The notes under the pieces were generated by a model. That model was not told where the DNA came from. It saw nothing but the letters and a program-made list of their open reading frames with translations, and searched no databases. A stretch of DNA of 64,000 bases from an uncultured SAR116 cluster alpha proteobacterium (GTDB taxonomy: Bacteria > Pseudomonadota > Alphaproteobacteria > Puniceispirillales > GCA-002684695): assembly GCA_902532475.1 (NCBI GenBank), contig CACAIE010000003.1, positions 11,886 through 75,885 of the forward strand, written 5' to 3'. Positions 28,787 to 39,796 of this stretch are shown one piece after another. Position numbers and translations under genes: made by a program. Position 1 is the stretch's first letter. Each line of letters opens with the position of its first letter.

Positions 28787-29874
28787 TCTATGGTTTTATT
28801 TTCGATTGAAGTTGATTTACTTACTTCAATTTCTTCAATTTTCTGACCTCTTCCAGTGATTTTTCTGCTTGAAATCTGAATTGCATTTAAATCACTTTGT
28901 GCTTGAGTAAAATGATTTATCAATTTTGTAACTCGATCATCGAGCCTGTTAACGTCTTCCATCATTTTTGAAACTTCAGATTGAACAGCACCTGCCATCT
29001 CACTCATGCTGGCATCTCTTAAAACTGCCCTTACTGTATGCAATAATAACATTAAATTATCTGGGCCAGCCATAAACACTCTTTTTTGCCTTCCAAAGAT
29101 TATGCTTTCAGGCAGGTGCACGTTGATACCAGCGTAAACTGATTCTGATGGAAGAAACATAACTGCTGTCTCTGCTGTTTCCCCAGCGAGTATATATTTC
29201 TCAGAAATATCTTTTATATGTTTTTCGGTATCTTGTTTCAATTTCCTTAAAGAAATTGTTCTTTCTTCATCATTTTTCCCTTCTGTAAAAGATTTCCATG
29301 CCTCCAATGGAAACTTGCTGTCTATACAAATATTCCCTGGTGGGCCAGGCATTTTAACTAAACAGTCTACCCTTTTTCCATTACTCAAAGTATGCTGAAA
29401 TGAATATGAAGTCTCAGGTAATACATCTTTAATTATATTTTCTAACTGAACCTCACCAAAACTCCCCCTGGCCTGTTTATTTGATAAGATATTTTGCAGA
29501 CCCGAAACTTGTTGTGTTAACTCTAATATATTTTTTTGGGCAGAATCTATTACAGCCAGCCTTTTTTGCATTTCTGATAATTCTTTTGTGGTTTGGGCTG
29601 TTTGATCTGTTAATCTTACATTTAAACGATCAGATAAATTGGCAATGGAACTTTCTAAGCCTTTATTTAATGTATCCTGTTGCTTTGACAAAGCATCTGA
29701 AACCGCTTGCTGACTTTGGCTTCCAGTTGCTGCTATTAAACTAAGTTGAGCTTTAATTTCATTTAAATCCATTTGATTTGAATTTTGCCTATTTCTTAAA
29801 AGGAAAAAAGTTAAAAACAAACTAATTAATAAACCAGATAAAACCCCAAAAAATAATACCCATGAAAATTCCAT
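28783..29874 (-). CDS. rmuC: DNA recombination protein RmuC
   Basis: N-terminal TM, a long coiled coil, then RVDCLVKMPG...ICIDSKFPLEAW and MFLPSESVY, the nuclease-like core typical of RmuC. Confidence 0.85.
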   Translation of the reverse strand: MEFSWVLFFGVLSGLLISLFLTFFLLRNRQNSNQMDLNEIKAQLSLIAATGSQSQQAVSDALSKQQDTLNKGLESSIANLSDRLNVRLTDQTAQTTKELSEMQKRLAVIDSAQKNILELTQQVSGLQNILSNKQARGSFGEVQLENIIKDVLPETSYSFQHTLSNGKRVDCLVKMPGPPGNICIDSKFPLEAWKSFTEGKNDEERTISLRKLKQDTEKHIKDISEKYILAGETAETAVMFLPSESVYAGINVHLPESIIFGRQKRVFMAGPDNLMLLLHTVRAVLRDASMSEMAGAVQSEVSKMMEDVNRLDDRVTKLINHFTQAQSDLNAIQISSRKITGRGQKIEEIEVSKSTSIENKTID

Positions 29875-30005
29875 TTGTAAGTCCTTAAATTGATTATTAA
29901 TTCTTATAAAATTATTATTTCTAATTATTATATTACTTTATCTTGACGAAATTCAAAGGCTCAAATATTTGATTAATAAAAATTCTAATAATGCTAAAGT
30001 AATTT

Positions 30006-30521
30006 ATGACGATTTTAGATATAAGATTGATACCCGACCCTGTTCTAAGAAAAAAAGCTGAAAAAGTTGAAGGGCCATCTGATGAAATAATAACCATCCT
30101 AGATGATATGGCGGAAACTATGTATAACGCCCCTGGTATTGGATTAGCTGCAAATCAAGTGGGAGTATTAAAACGTTTAATAGTTATAGATTGTTCAACA
30201 GAAGAGGAGGAGCCTAATTTATTAAAAATGATAAACCCTGAAATAATTACATCGACCAATGAAAAAAGTGAACTAGAAGAAGGCTGCTTGTCAATACCTG
30301 AGCATAAATCAAATGTAGTTCGTCCTTCAAAGGTAGAGGTGTCATATATGAATCTAAATGGAGAGACAGAAAAATTAACAGCCGAAGGGTTGTTGTCCGC
30401 ATGTTTACAACATGAAATCGATCATTTAAATGGTATCCTATTTATTGACCATATATCTAGATTAAAAAGAGATATGATAATAAGGAAAGTTAAAAAACAA
30501 CTTCGTGAAAATGAAAAATAA
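30006..30521 (+). CDS. def: Peptide deformylase
   Basis: All three motifs are present: GIGLAANQ, EGCLS and HEIDH. Confidence 0.95.
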   Translation: MTILDIRLIPDPVLRKKAEKVEGPSDEIITILDDMAETMYNAPGIGLAANQVGVLKRLIVIDCSTEEEEPNLLKMINPEIITSTNEKSELEEGCLSIPEHKSNVVRPSKVEVSYMNLNGETEKLTAEGLLSACLQHEIDHLNGILFIDHISRLKRDMIIRKVKKQLRENEK

Positions 30522-31479
30522 ACTTCGAATTATATTTATGGGAACACCAGAATTTTCTGTTCCAAGTTTAAAAGAAATATCAAATCATTGTGATATTATA
30601 AGTGTATATACTCAACCACCAAGAGGTTCTGGAAGAGGTTTAAAAACAAAGTTAAGTCCCATTCATATTTTAGCTAGAAAAATGAATTTTTTAGTTAAAA
30701 CACCTGATGATTTTTCTGATTTAAATGTTGTAAATGAAATTGTTAAGCTTAATGCCGATTTTATAATAGTAGTAGCATATGGTTTATTATTGCCATCATC
30801 AATTCTTAAATCACCAAAATTTTTATGTTTAAATGGTCATGCTTCAGATCTTCCTAGATGGAGAGGTGCTGCACCAATCCAAAGGGCCATTGAAGCCGGT
30901 GATAAATCTACGGCCGTATGTGCTATGATCATGGAAGAAACTCTTGATACTGGGCCAATTATTACAAAAAAGAATATACCGATCTCAAACTCAGAAAACT
31001 CTCAAACTCTCCATGAAAAAATGTCTGAGGAAATGCCTCTTATATTAATGGAAGCTATAGAATTAGTATCTAATAAAAATTATTTTCCTAAAATGCAAAG
31101 TGAGCAGGGTGTTACATACGCAAAAAAAATTTCTTCAGCCGAAACTACTATAAACTGGTCTGATGAAAATATTTCAATTGAAAGAAAACTACGCGCTTTT
31201 TCAACCTGGCCAGGATGTTGGACTTTTCATAAGAGAAATAGAATTCGAATCCATAACGCTTCAATTTATGATGCTATCACAAAAAACATTGGTTTTTCTC
31301 ATGGACAAATAGTTGATTTTTCTGTTAGTGGCTGTCCTGTTATCTTCACAGGCAATGATACATTTCTAGAAATATTAGAATTGCAAAAAGAGGGGCGTAA
31401 AAAAATGGGCAGTGAAGAGTTTTTAAGGGGCTATAAATTAGAAGTCGGTGATATTTTTAAAAATCACTTTGACGATTAA
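30511..31479 (+). CDS. fmt: Methionyl-tRNA formyltransferase
   Basis: IIFMGTPEF N-terminus, NGHASDLPRWRGAAPIQRAI (HxSLLPxxRG motif) and a C-terminal tRNA-binding domain. ATG 30511 preferred over GTG 30505. Confidence 0.9.
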   Translation: MKNKLRIIFMGTPEFSVPSLKEISNHCDIISVYTQPPRGSGRGLKTKLSPIHILARKMNFLVKTPDDFSDLNVVNEIVKLNADFIIVVAYGLLLPSSILKSPKFLCLNGHASDLPRWRGAAPIQRAIEAGDKSTAVCAMIMEETLDTGPIITKKNIPISNSENSQTLHEKMSEEMPLILMEAIELVSNKNYFPKMQSEQGVTYAKKISSAETTINWSDENISIERKLRAFSTWPGCWTFHKRNRIRIHNASIYDAITKNIGFSHGQIVDFSVSGCPVIFTGNDTFLEILELQKEGRKKMGSEEFLRGYKLEVGDIFKNHFDD

Positions 31480-31483
31480 AACG

Positions 31484-32236
31484 ATGCGATTTTTTCTTAC
31501 AATAGAATATGATGGAACAGATTTTATAGGCTGGCAAAAACAAAATTCGGGACCTTCTATTCAGGAAAAAATTGAAGAATGCATTTATAAAATAACTCAG
31601 GTTAAATGTTCAATTTATGGTTCTGGAAGAACTGATGCAGGCGTTCATTCAAAAGGACAAGTGGCACATGTGGATATTTCAAAAATATTTAGTTCCAAAG
31701 GATTAATGGACGCAATAAATGCATATCTTCTAGACTATAAAATAAAAATAACTGAAGTTAAACCTACTATCCCAGATGCACATGCAAGGTTTTCAGCTAT
31801 AAGCAGAGAATATGAATATGTTATCCTTAATCGATCTGCACCTCCCGCTTTAGATGATGGAAGAGTTTGGCACCAAAGAATAGATTTAGATATCAAAAAC
31901 ATGAAAAAGGCAGCAAACCATCTTGTCGGAACACATGATTTTACCTCTTATAGAGCCACTCAATGCCAAAGTAATAGTCCTATAAAAACACTTGATGAAT
32001 TATCTATTAATAAAGTTTTTGATAAGGTTTTTGTTCGAGCTAAAGCAAGATCATTTTTGCACCACCAAGTTAGAAACATTGTTGGAACATTAAAGCTAGT
32101 TGGATCAGGTAAATGGAACCCTGAAGATGTTTTGTCAGCTTTAGATAAAAAGGACAGGACAGCAGCTGGTCCGACTGCACCAGCGTGTGGTCTTACACTG
32201 ATTAAAATTGAATATCCAAAAGAAATTTACTTATAA
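31484..32236 (+). CDS. truA: tRNA pseudouridine(38-40) synthase
   Basis: MRFFLTIEYDGTDFIGWQKQ, GSGRTDAGVHS (catalytic Asp) and FLHHQVRNIVG. Start set at ATG 31484. Confidence 0.9.
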   Translation: MRFFLTIEYDGTDFIGWQKQNSGPSIQEKIEECIYKITQVKCSIYGSGRTDAGVHSKGQVAHVDISKIFSSKGLMDAINAYLLDYKIKITEVKPTIPDAHARFSAISREYEYVILNRSAPPALDDGRVWHQRIDLDIKNMKKAANHLVGTHDFTSYRATQCQSNSPIKTLDELSINKVFDKVFVRAKARSFLHHQVRNIVGTLKLVGSGKWNPEDVLSALDKKDRTAAGPTAPACGLTLIKIEYPKEIYL

Positions 32237-32237
32237 T

Positions 32238-32819
32238 CTATCCAGCAAAAAGACCATAAGAGAACTGATCAAGCAATCCAACTAACAGCCCCACTATAAT
32301 ATTTCCAAACACAATAGCGATGGCAATTAATGAACTTACATCCAGAAGTTGTTTTGCAATTTTAAATTGAACAATTAAAATTTGAATACTTACTACAGCA
32401 CCAACTAATGCTACTATTAAAGCTATACTGGGGAGTGCCCAAAGCAAAACTGAAATCAAGAGAACTAAAGAAGACTGTAATGTTACTAACCATAAAAATG
32501 AAATCATAAAATTATAAAAATAATTTTGCCTTTTTAAAATTACTAACAAATAAAATACAAAAAATGTAAACAAACTCAATTCTATAACCATTAAAGGTAT
32601 AGTTGCTAGTATCATTCTAATAGGTAAAGCATTAGCAATAGCTATTTTAAAAATTGTCAACTTTGCAAGAATAGAAATTACACATGTTACAAAAAGAACC
32701 TGCCATAAGCCTAAAGGGTCAATGTTAACTTGTGACTTGATCAATTCAAAAGATCTGCCTCTCAATAATGAAAAAGCAAAACTCAATCCAGACAAAAGTT
32801 GATTAAAACTAGGTATCAT
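32238..32819 (-). CDS. Polytopic membrane protein, function unknown (Yip1-like topology)
   Basis: 193 aa, about 5 TM helices. Its ATG directly abuts the dapE stop. I recognise no motif. Confidence 0.4.
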   Translation of the reverse strand: MIPSFNQLLSGLSFAFSLLRGRSFELIKSQVNIDPLGLWQVLFVTCVISILAKLTIFKIAIANALPIRMILATIPLMVIELSLFTFFVFYLLVILKRQNYFYNFMISFLWLVTLQSSLVLLISVLLWALPSIALIVALVGAVVSIQILIVQFKIAKQLLDVSSLIAIAIVFGNIIVGLLVGLLDQFSYGLFAG

Positions 32820-33968
32820 TTAATTATTAACTAAAAATATTTCATTTAATAATTGATAGTAAATTTCACTAAGAAGGTTAATGTCTTTTATTGAAACATT
32901 TTCATTTATTTGGTGCATTGTTTTGCCCACTAATCCAAATTCAACTACTGGGCAATATTTAGCGATAAACCTTGCATCAGAAGTTCCACCACTAGTGGAT
33001 AGATCAGGCGAATATTTTGTTTTATTTTTTATAGCATTTTTGACAAAAGTTATAAGTTTACCAGGTTGAGTCAAAAATGGTTCCGCGTTACTACAAAATT
33101 CAACTTTATAATTTTTATCTATCTTATCAAAGTGAGACTTTAAGAACATTTCAAGTTTTTTGGCATCCTGGCTATCATTAAATCGAATATTAAACTTTGC
33201 TTCTACTCTTGATGGAATAACGTTTAAAGCACTATTTCCTGTATCTATACTTGTAATAGATGCATTAGACGGAGGAAAGTCTTTTGTTCCTTTATCTAGT
33301 TCTCCCGTTAAAAGTGGTTCTAACATTTTGATCATTATGGGGAATGGACTTACAGCAAGATGAGGATAAGCAACGTGGCCCTGCTTGCCAAAAACCGTCA
33401 ACTTACCATTTAAACTTCCTCTCCTGCCTATTTTCAAAGTATCTCCGATATGCAATTTATTTGTTGGTTCTCCTACTAAGCACATATCTGGTATTTGATT
33501 ATTTTCCTCCATCCAGTTAAGAACTTTTATCGTTCCATTTACAGCGGGTCCTTCCTCATCACCCGTAATAAGAAAGCTTAAACTTCCCTTAAATCCACGA
33601 TTAACCTTAAGCCATTTAATGACGGAACCAATATACGAAGCAATAGATCCCTTCATATCTACTGCACCCCTTCCAAAAACCTTTCCTTCGTGAATATTTC
33701 CTCCAAAGGGAGGATACAACCATGAGCTACCATCTCCTTCGGGAACAACATCGGTATGACCAGCAAAACAAATATGCGGTCCATTATCACCAAAACGTGC
33801 AAAAAGGTTTTCCACTCTTTCCTTGCCTTTGCCAAAGTTTAATCTTTCGCATTTAAAATGATTTGGCCTCAATACATCTTCAATTATTGAAAGTGCACCA
33901 CCTTCATTTGGGGTAACTGACTTGCATTTAATAAGCCTTACTAATAAGTCTACCGGATCTAGTGGCAC
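32820..33968 (-). CDS. dapE: Succinyl-diaminopimelate desuccinylase (M20)
   Basis: FAGHTDVVP, GRGAVDMKG and ITGDEEG metal ligands, with dapD immediately upstream. Confidence 0.85.
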   Translation of the reverse strand: MPLDPVDLLVRLIKCKSVTPNEGGALSIIEDVLRPNHFKCERLNFGKGKERVENLFARFGDNGPHICFAGHTDVVPEGDGSSWLYPPFGGNIHEGKVFGRGAVDMKGSIASYIGSVIKWLKVNRGFKGSLSFLITGDEEGPAVNGTIKVLNWMEENNQIPDMCLVGEPTNKLHIGDTLKIGRRGSLNGKLTVFGKQGHVAYPHLAVSPFPIMIKMLEPLLTGELDKGTKDFPPSNASITSIDTGNSALNVIPSRVEAKFNIRFNDSQDAKKLEMFLKSHFDKIDKNYKVEFCSNAEPFLTQPGKLITFVKNAIKNKTKYSPDLSTSGGTSDARFIAKYCPVVEFGLVGKTMHQINENVSIKDINLLSEIYYQLLNEIFLVNN

Positions 33969-33971
33969 TAA

Positions 33972-34844
33972 TTAATCTCTCAACAACTCATTTATAGATG
34001 TCTTGTCTCTTGTTTGAGCATCTACTCTTTTAACAATCACTGCACAATAAAGATTTGGTCCTGGAGACCCATCTGGTAAATTTTTTCCAGGTAAACTGCC
34101 AGGAACTACTACAGAGTATGCGGGCACTCTTCCCATGTGTATTTCTCCTGTGCTTCTATCTATTATTTTTGTTGACGCACCTATAAACACTCCCATAGAT
34201 AGAACCGCACCTTTTTCAACTATAACTCCTTCAACCACTTCTGATCTTGCACCAATAAAACAATCGTCCTCTATTATTACTGGTCCAGCTTGAAGAGGCT
34301 CAAGCACACCACCAATTCCAACTCCACCAGATAAATGAACATTCGATCCAATTTGTGCACACGACCCAACTGTTGCCCAAGTATCGACCATTGAAGTTGA
34401 GCCAACATTTGCTCCAATATTTACAAAACAAGGCATCAAAACTGCCCCTTTTGCTATATAAGCAGAGTGTCTTACAACACAACCAGGAACAGCCCTAAAT
34501 CCAGCATCTCTAAAATCCTTCTCAGTAAATCCTGCAAATTTGGAAGGGATTTTATCCCACCAATTAGATTTTCCTAAACCTGGGGTTTCTGGGGCTCCAG
34601 AGATAAGTCCCATATCATTTAATCTAAATGAAAGTAAAACCGCTTTTTTTAACCATTGATTAACTTTCCAATCATGATTGCCAATCGGCTCTGCAACCCT
34701 ATATGATCCATCATCTAAACCGTTCAAAGCCCTTTCAACTGAATCTCTAACCTCCCCCTTGGTAGTGATACTAATATTATCTTTATTTTCCCATGCATCA
34801 TTAATTATGGTTTCAAGTTTTGATACATCCATTTTTTTCTCCAA
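33972..34844 (-). CDS. dapD: 2,3,4,5-tetrahydropyridine-2,6-dicarboxylate N-succinyltransferase
   Basis: An N-terminal alpha-type domain followed by hexapeptide-repeat LbH ([34 protein letters not shown]). Confidence 0.9.
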   Translation of the reverse strand: MEKKMDVSKLETIINDAWENKDNISITTKGEVRDSVERALNGLDDGSYRVAEPIGNHDWKVNQWLKKAVLLSFRLNDMGLISGAPETPGLGKSNWWDKIPSKFAGFTEKDFRDAGFRAVPGCVVRHSAYIAKGAVLMPCFVNIGANVGSTSMVDTWATVGSCAQIGSNVHLSGGVGIGGVLEPLQAGPVIIEDDCFIGARSEVVEGVIVEKGAVLSMGVFIGASTKIIDRSTGEIHMGRVPAYSVVVPGSLPGKNLPDGSPGPNLYCAVIVKRVDAQTRDKTSINELLRD

Positions 34845-34877
34845 GTTTTAAGTTTCTATTGATTAATAAAACACTAA

Positions 34878-35531
34878 TTATTTTAAGAACTTTACCAAAT
34901 CTGTTATATTATAATCAATATAATCACTTTTGTTGTTTTCTAAAAGATGATTTTTTGGGCTAATTAAGACTGTTGTCATTCCTAAGTCTTTAGCAGTTTT
35001 TAGGTTCCAAGCCGTATCTTCAAACATAATTGATTTTTTAGATATTATGTTCTCTTTCCTGATCAAGCTATAATATGCTTCTACTGATGGTTTTGGAATA
35101 TAATTAGATGTTTCAATACTATGAATATTACTAAAATTTCCTTTTATTCCCAGCCTTTCTAAAACCTTCTCTGCATGCTTGAATGAGCCGTTAGTAAAAA
35201 TAATTTTATGGCCTCTTATATTTTTTAACACCTGATTTAATTTAGGATTTTCTTTGACAACAGTTAAATCAATATCATGAACAAATTCTAAAAAATGTCT
35301 TGGGTTAACATTTCTTTCTGTCATTAACCCACGTAAAGAAGTTCCATATGAGTTGTAAAGTCTCTTTCGCTCTATATCCGCATCTCGCAAGTTCAAATTA
35401 AAGTTTTTTGAAATAAATTCTGTAATTTTTTGTTTTACCTGGATAAAAATATTTTCTTCATGCGGGTATAGAGTGTCATCTAAATCAAAAATCCAAGATG
35501 AAAAATTCTTATCAATTAATATCTTATCCAT
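34878..35531 (-). CDS. HAD-superfamily hydrolase (pyrimidine 5'-nucleotidase-like)
   Basis: WIFDLDDTLY (DxDxT nucleophile motif), FTNG, and a KP...FEDT..N block. Confidence 0.7.
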   Translation of the reverse strand: MDKILIDKNFSSWIFDLDDTLYPHEENIFIQVKQKITEFISKNFNLNLRDADIERKRLYNSYGTSLRGLMTERNVNPRHFLEFVHDIDLTVVKENPKLNQVLKNIRGHKIIFTNGSFKHAEKVLERLGIKGNFSNIHSIETSNYIPKPSVEAYYSLIRKENIISKKSIMFEDTAWNLKTAKDLGMTTVLISPKNHLLENNKSDYIDYNITDLVKFLK

Positions 35532-35556
35532 ATATTTGAAAATTGATTAATTATTT

Positions 35557-36453
35557 TTATTTTCTAATTAAGGTGCCGCCACCATGCTCAGTAAATAACT
35601 CCATCAAGACTGCATGGGGGGCTCTTCCATCAAGAATAACCGCTGCATCCGTTCCATTTTCAACAGCCTCAATACATGTTTCTACTTTAGGAATCATACC
35701 CGAAGTCACAATTCCTTTTTTTATTAATCTCTTTGCTTGCTTAGAGCTTAGCTCTTTTATTAAGCTGCCATCTTTTTCAAGAACTCCAGGCACATCTGTA
35801 AGCATCAGCATTCTCCTAGCTCCCAATGAACTTGATATAGCTCCGGCTACTGTATCAGCATTTATATTGTAGGTCTGGCCATCTTCCCCTAAGCCTAGTG
35901 GGGCTACAACTGGAATAAGTCCTCCCTGCATTAAAGCATCAAGAACTTTATTATCAATGTTTGAAGGCTTACCAACAAACCCTAAGTCAACAACTTTTTC
36001 AATCGCAGATTCCGGATCCCTTCTGGATTTTATTTTTTCAGCCTTTATAAGGCCTCCATCTTTGCCAGAAATTCCTACAGCTTTTGCTCCAGCAGACATA
36101 ATGGCGGCAACTATAGATTTATTGATAGCACCAGATAAAACCATCTCCACAATTTTGACTGTGTTTTTATCAGTTACCCTCAATCCATCAACAAAACCTG
36201 TCTTAATATTCAGCTTTTTTAACATTTGCTCTATCTGTGGCCCTCCACCGTGAACCACTACAGGTTTCGTACCCACTTGCTGCAGTAATGCTATATCACT
36301 TGCAAAGGATATCTGCATATCTTTATCGGTCATCGCATGACCGCCATATTTAATCACCAAAGATGACCCATTGTATTGATGCATATATGGAAGAACTTCA
36401 GACAAAAATTCAACTTTACTTAACCACAAGTTATTTTTATTTTCATTTGTCAT
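35557..36453 (-). CDS. argB: Acetylglutamate kinase
   Basis: [20 protein letters not shown] and NINADTVAG. Confidence 0.9.
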   Translation of the reverse strand: MTNENKNNLWLSKVEFLSEVLPYMHQYNGSSLVIKYGGHAMTDKDMQISFASDIALLQQVGTKPVVVHGGGPQIEQMLKKLNIKTGFVDGLRVTDKNTVKIVEMVLSGAINKSIVAAIMSAGAKAVGISGKDGGLIKAEKIKSRRDPESAIEKVVDLGFVGKPSNIDNKVLDALMQGGLIPVVAPLGLGEDGQTYNINADTVAGAISSSLGARRMLMLTDVPGVLEKDGSLIKELSSKQAKRLIKKGIVTSGMIPKVETCIEAVENGTDAAVILDGRAPHAVLMELFTEHGGGTLIRK

Positions 36454-36496
36454 CTTTTTCTCTAACCGGTTAATATTATTTTTAATTTAAAAATAT

Positions 36497-37192
36497 TTAT
36501 ATTAATCTTGCAATGTCTGCTCTTAAAAAGTCTATACCAATTCCCTTAACTGATGAAGTTAAATGTACAAACGGGTGCGCTGCAGGGTTTACATTGCATT
36601 CATCTTTTACCTTTTCAATGATAAACTGTAATTCTTTCGCTTTTATTTTATCAACTTTAGTTAAGATAACTTGATAAGAAACTGCCAGTTTATTAAAAGT
36701 ATTCATTGCATCTTTATCTAAAATAGTAATTCCTCTCCTAGAATCTATTAACAATAAAACTCTTTTTAAAGTGAATCTATATTTTATATATGACTTGATG
36801 AGTCTGTTCCAACTTTGAATTGAAGCTTTAGAAGCTTTTGCATAGCCAAATCCTGGGAAGTCAACTAATCTAAAGATTTTTTCACCTACCTCAAAAAAAT
36901 TTAATTGCTGAGTTCTTCCTGGATTTTGTGAAGTCCGAGCTATAAATTTTCTCCCAGTAATTGAATTAATCAAAGATGATTTTCCTACATTTGACCTTCC
37001 CGCAATTGCAACCTCAGGTATATTTTCTTCAGGTAAAGATTTCATATTGTTAGAAGCTGCAATAAATTTTACTGGTTTAGAAAAAAGTATTTTACCTTTT
37101 CTAATTACCTCACCACTAAAATCAAAATCGAGGTTTTTTAAATAATTGGTTTCAATTATTTTGGCTTGTTCATTTGGTTCATTATTAGCCAT
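36497..37192 (-). CDS. engB: Ribosome-biogenesis GTPase EngB/YihA
   Basis: G1 GRSNVGKSSLIN, G3 DFPGFGY and G4 TKVDK. Overlaps the 3' end of yidC by 37 nt. Confidence 0.9.
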   Translation of the reverse strand: MANNEPNEQAKIIETNYLKNLDFDFSGEVIRKGKILFSKPVKFIAASNNMKSLPEENIPEVAIAGRSNVGKSSLINSITGRKFIARTSQNPGRTQQLNFFEVGEKIFRLVDFPGFGYAKASKASIQSWNRLIKSYIKYRFTLKRVLLLIDSRRGITILDKDAMNTFNKLAVSYQVILTKVDKIKAKELQFIIEKVKDECNVNPAAHPFVHLTSSVKGIGIDFLRADIARLI

Positions 37193-38871
37193 TGCTGACC
37201 TATACTCAATAAGTTATTCACAGTCCAATAAATAACTAAACCCGCAGGAAATGTTGCCAGTAGAAAAGTAAAAATTACAGGCATCCAACTAAAAATTCTC
37301 GCCTGTATAGGATCAGGTGGGGTGGGGTTTAATCTAAATTGAAGCCACATAGTTATTCCCATCACTATTGGCCAAATACCAAGTTGCAAGAAATCAGGTA
37401 TTGGTAAGTTTTGAGCAGAATAGGGTAAAAGACCAAACAAGTTAAGAATTGATGTTGGATCTTTGGCTGAAAGATCATTGATCCAACCATAAAAAGGTGC
37501 ATGCCTCATTTCAATTGTTACATATAGAACTTTGTAAAGTGCAAAAAATACTGGTATTTGGATAAAAATGGGCAAACATCCAGCCGCTGGATTAACTTTC
37601 TCTGCCTTATACATTTCCATCATAGCTTTATTTAAAGCCTGCTGATCTCCTTTGTACCTTTCTCGTAATTCAGTTAACTTAGGTTGCAATGTCCTCATTT
37701 TGGCCATAGATCTATACGATCCATTTGCCAGAGGGAAAAATAGCAACTTAATAATAATAGTTAGGCCAATAATCGCTAATCCAAAATTTCCAAGGTACAT
37801 ACTAAGCCAATTAAGTGTGTAGAAAAACGGCTTGGTTAAAAAGTAAAACCAGCCAAAGTCAATTGCAAGATCAAATCTGTACACGCCCAAATCTTTTTCA
37901 ACTTTATCTAATAGTGCAAGTTTTTTAGCCCCCGCATAAAGGTAAGAAGTTGTTTTAATTTCTTTTCCAGGGCTAATAACTTTTGAAGACCCTCTCCAAT
38001 CAGCTTGCCATTGGCCCGATGATTTTTTTGAGTATTTAAATGCAAATTCAGATTTATTTTTTTGATCAGGGATTAAAGCTGCCAACCAATATTTATCCGT
38101 AATTCCTATCCATCCTCCATTCATCTCAGGAGAAATTATTTCAGGACCATCTTCTACTATATCTTCGTAATCAACTTCTTTAAGTTTTTCATCTACTACA
38201 GCTATAGGGCCCTCATGAAGAATAAATAAACCGTCAACCTTCGGCAAACCAGTTCTTCTGACCAATCCGTATGGGTATAAATTTACTTCATTCTCACTGT
38301 TATTAACAACCTGATCAGTTACAGTTATTAAATAATCTTCATTAATTTCATAAACTCTTTTAAATTCAAGTTCATCCTTAGATTTATATGATAAAGTAAC
38401 CGGCCTTCCAGGTTCCAAAATAGAACTTTTAGTAGTCCATATACTTGAAGAATTTGGCAAGTCCATTTCGCCAGATCCAAGCCAACCAAACTCTGCAAAA
38501 TATGGTTTCTCACTATTAATTTTTTCAAATAGTTTTATTTTCTCTGATTCTTTATCAAGAGCTTTAGTGTAATTTATTAATACTATATCATCAATTCGAG
38601 CTCCTGCCAGAGTAATAGAACCTGAAATTGAGGGAGTTTCAATTGAAATTCTTGGAGCATTAATAATTTCACTGTCTTTTATTGACGTTTCAACATTTTG
38701 CTTTTCTTCATTTGTCTTCTCTGGAGCAGACAAATTTAAATCTTTCTGATCCCTTAAAGCTTGTTCTTCTAGTGCTTTTTGTTTGGGCAACTCAAAAAAT
38801 ATTTGATAGCCTATTACTAAAAGTGCTGAGCATACTATTGCTAAAACAAGGTTTCTATTATCTTGGTTCAT
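37156..38871 (-). CDS. yidC: Membrane protein insertase YidC
   Basis: 571 aa. N-terminal TM plus a large periplasmic domain, then YRSMAKMRTLQPKL and the conserved 5-TM core (PIFIQIPVFFALY). Confidence 0.9.
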   Translation of the reverse strand: MNQDNRNLVLAIVCSALLVIGYQIFFELPKQKALEEQALRDQKDLNLSAPEKTNEEKQNVETSIKDSEIINAPRISIETPSISGSITLAGARIDDIVLINYTKALDKESEKIKLFEKINSEKPYFAEFGWLGSGEMDLPNSSSIWTTKSSILEPGRPVTLSYKSKDELEFKRVYEINEDYLITVTDQVVNNSENEVNLYPYGLVRRTGLPKVDGLFILHEGPIAVVDEKLKEVDYEDIVEDGPEIISPEMNGGWIGITDKYWLAALIPDQKNKSEFAFKYSKKSSGQWQADWRGSSKVISPGKEIKTTSYLYAGAKKLALLDKVEKDLGVYRFDLAIDFGWFYFLTKPFFYTLNWLSMYLGNFGLAIIGLTIIIKLLFFPLANGSYRSMAKMRTLQPKLTELRERYKGDQQALNKAMMEMYKAEKVNPAAGCLPIFIQIPVFFALYKVLYVTIEMRHAPFYGWINDLSAKDPTSILNLFGLLPYSAQNLPIPDFLQLGIWPIVMGITMWLQFRLNPTPPDPIQARIFSWMPVIFTFLLATFPAGLVIYWTVNNLLSIGQQWLIMNQMNKPK

Positions 38872-39032
38872 TTAGAAGCGCTCCCAACAAAACTTTTTTA
38901 AATTTGTTATAGACATTTATAATTTTAAAGTTTGGTAACTAAAAAGATCAATATATGCAAACATAAAAGATGGATTAACAAATTTTTTCAATAATATCAT
39001 CTAATTTCATTTATAATTTCTTTTTTTCTTAA

Positions 39033-39785
39033 TCACCAAAGATTTCTTTTGGTCAAAACAGTTTTTAATCCTTCTAAGTTATCTGACATTATTCCATCTA
39101 CTCCAAGATCAAGTAATTTTTCCATTTCTTGAATTTCATTAATTGTCCAAACATGAACTTTCAAATCTAATTCATGACAATAATCTATAAAGTTTCTATC
39201 AATAATTTTAATTCCAAAATATTTTATTGGAACCTGAACACAGTTTGCATCAATGTCGAAGTTTCTCAGATTTAAACTTGATAGCTTTAACTTTAATACT
39301 TCTAGAGGACCTGCTGAGGTGCATAATGCAGATCCAAAAATTGTTCTCAAGTTATCAAGTCTTTTACCTGAAAAAGAACCAATACAAATCCTATCAAAAA
39401 CATTATTTTCCTTTAAAAATTCAATTAAAGTGCTTATTGATGAATTGTTTTTAGGGTCAATATTTAAATTAATCTCAGGCCAACTGTAAAATATATCTGA
39501 AAGTAAAGGTATATTATATTTCCCAGCGACTTTAATATTTTTAAGTTCGTCCCAAGTTTTATTTATAATATATCCTTTGCAATCAGTTACTCTATTTAGA
39601 GTTTCATCATGAAAGGCAATTAATTTTTTGTCTCTTGTTATCTGAATGTCTGTTTCCAAAAACTTAAATCCCATATTAATTGCATTCTCAAAAGCTTCCA
39701 TGGTATTTTCTGAGCCAAGATACGACCCTCCTCTGTGGGCTATAGCAACGGGTTTTTCAGAGTTTAAATATTGATGGATATGCAC
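39033..39785 (-). CDS. Glycerophosphodiester phosphodiesterase family protein
   Basis: IAHRGGS, ENTMEAF, LETDIQ and VWTIN blocks of the GDPD family. Confidence 0.8.
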   Translation of the reverse strand: MHIHQYLNSEKPVAIAHRGGSYLGSENTMEAFENAINMGFKFLETDIQITRDKKLIAFHDETLNRVTDCKGYIINKTWDELKNIKVAGKYNIPLLSDIFYSWPEINLNIDPKNNSSISTLIEFLKENNVFDRICIGSFSGKRLDNLRTIFGSALCTSAGPLEVLKLKLSSLNLRNFDIDANCVQVPIKYFGIKIIDRNFIDYCHELDLKVHVWTINEIQEMEKLLDLGVDGIMSDNLEGLKTVLTKRNLW

Positions 39786-39796
39786 TTTTATATGCT

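Noticed and set aside
38872-38916. 14-codon upstream ORF (MSITNLKKFCWERF) whose TAA stop directly abuts the yidC ATG. Considered as a yidD remnant or a MifM-like regulatory leader peptide.
   Set aside because: It is too short and lacks the YidD CRF-x-P-x-CS motif. The stretch also contains the yidC Shine-Dalgarno (GGAG, 9 nt upstream), which explains its sequence constraint. There is no arrest-peptide-like features or evidence, so it is likely a chance ORF in an AT-rich spacer.
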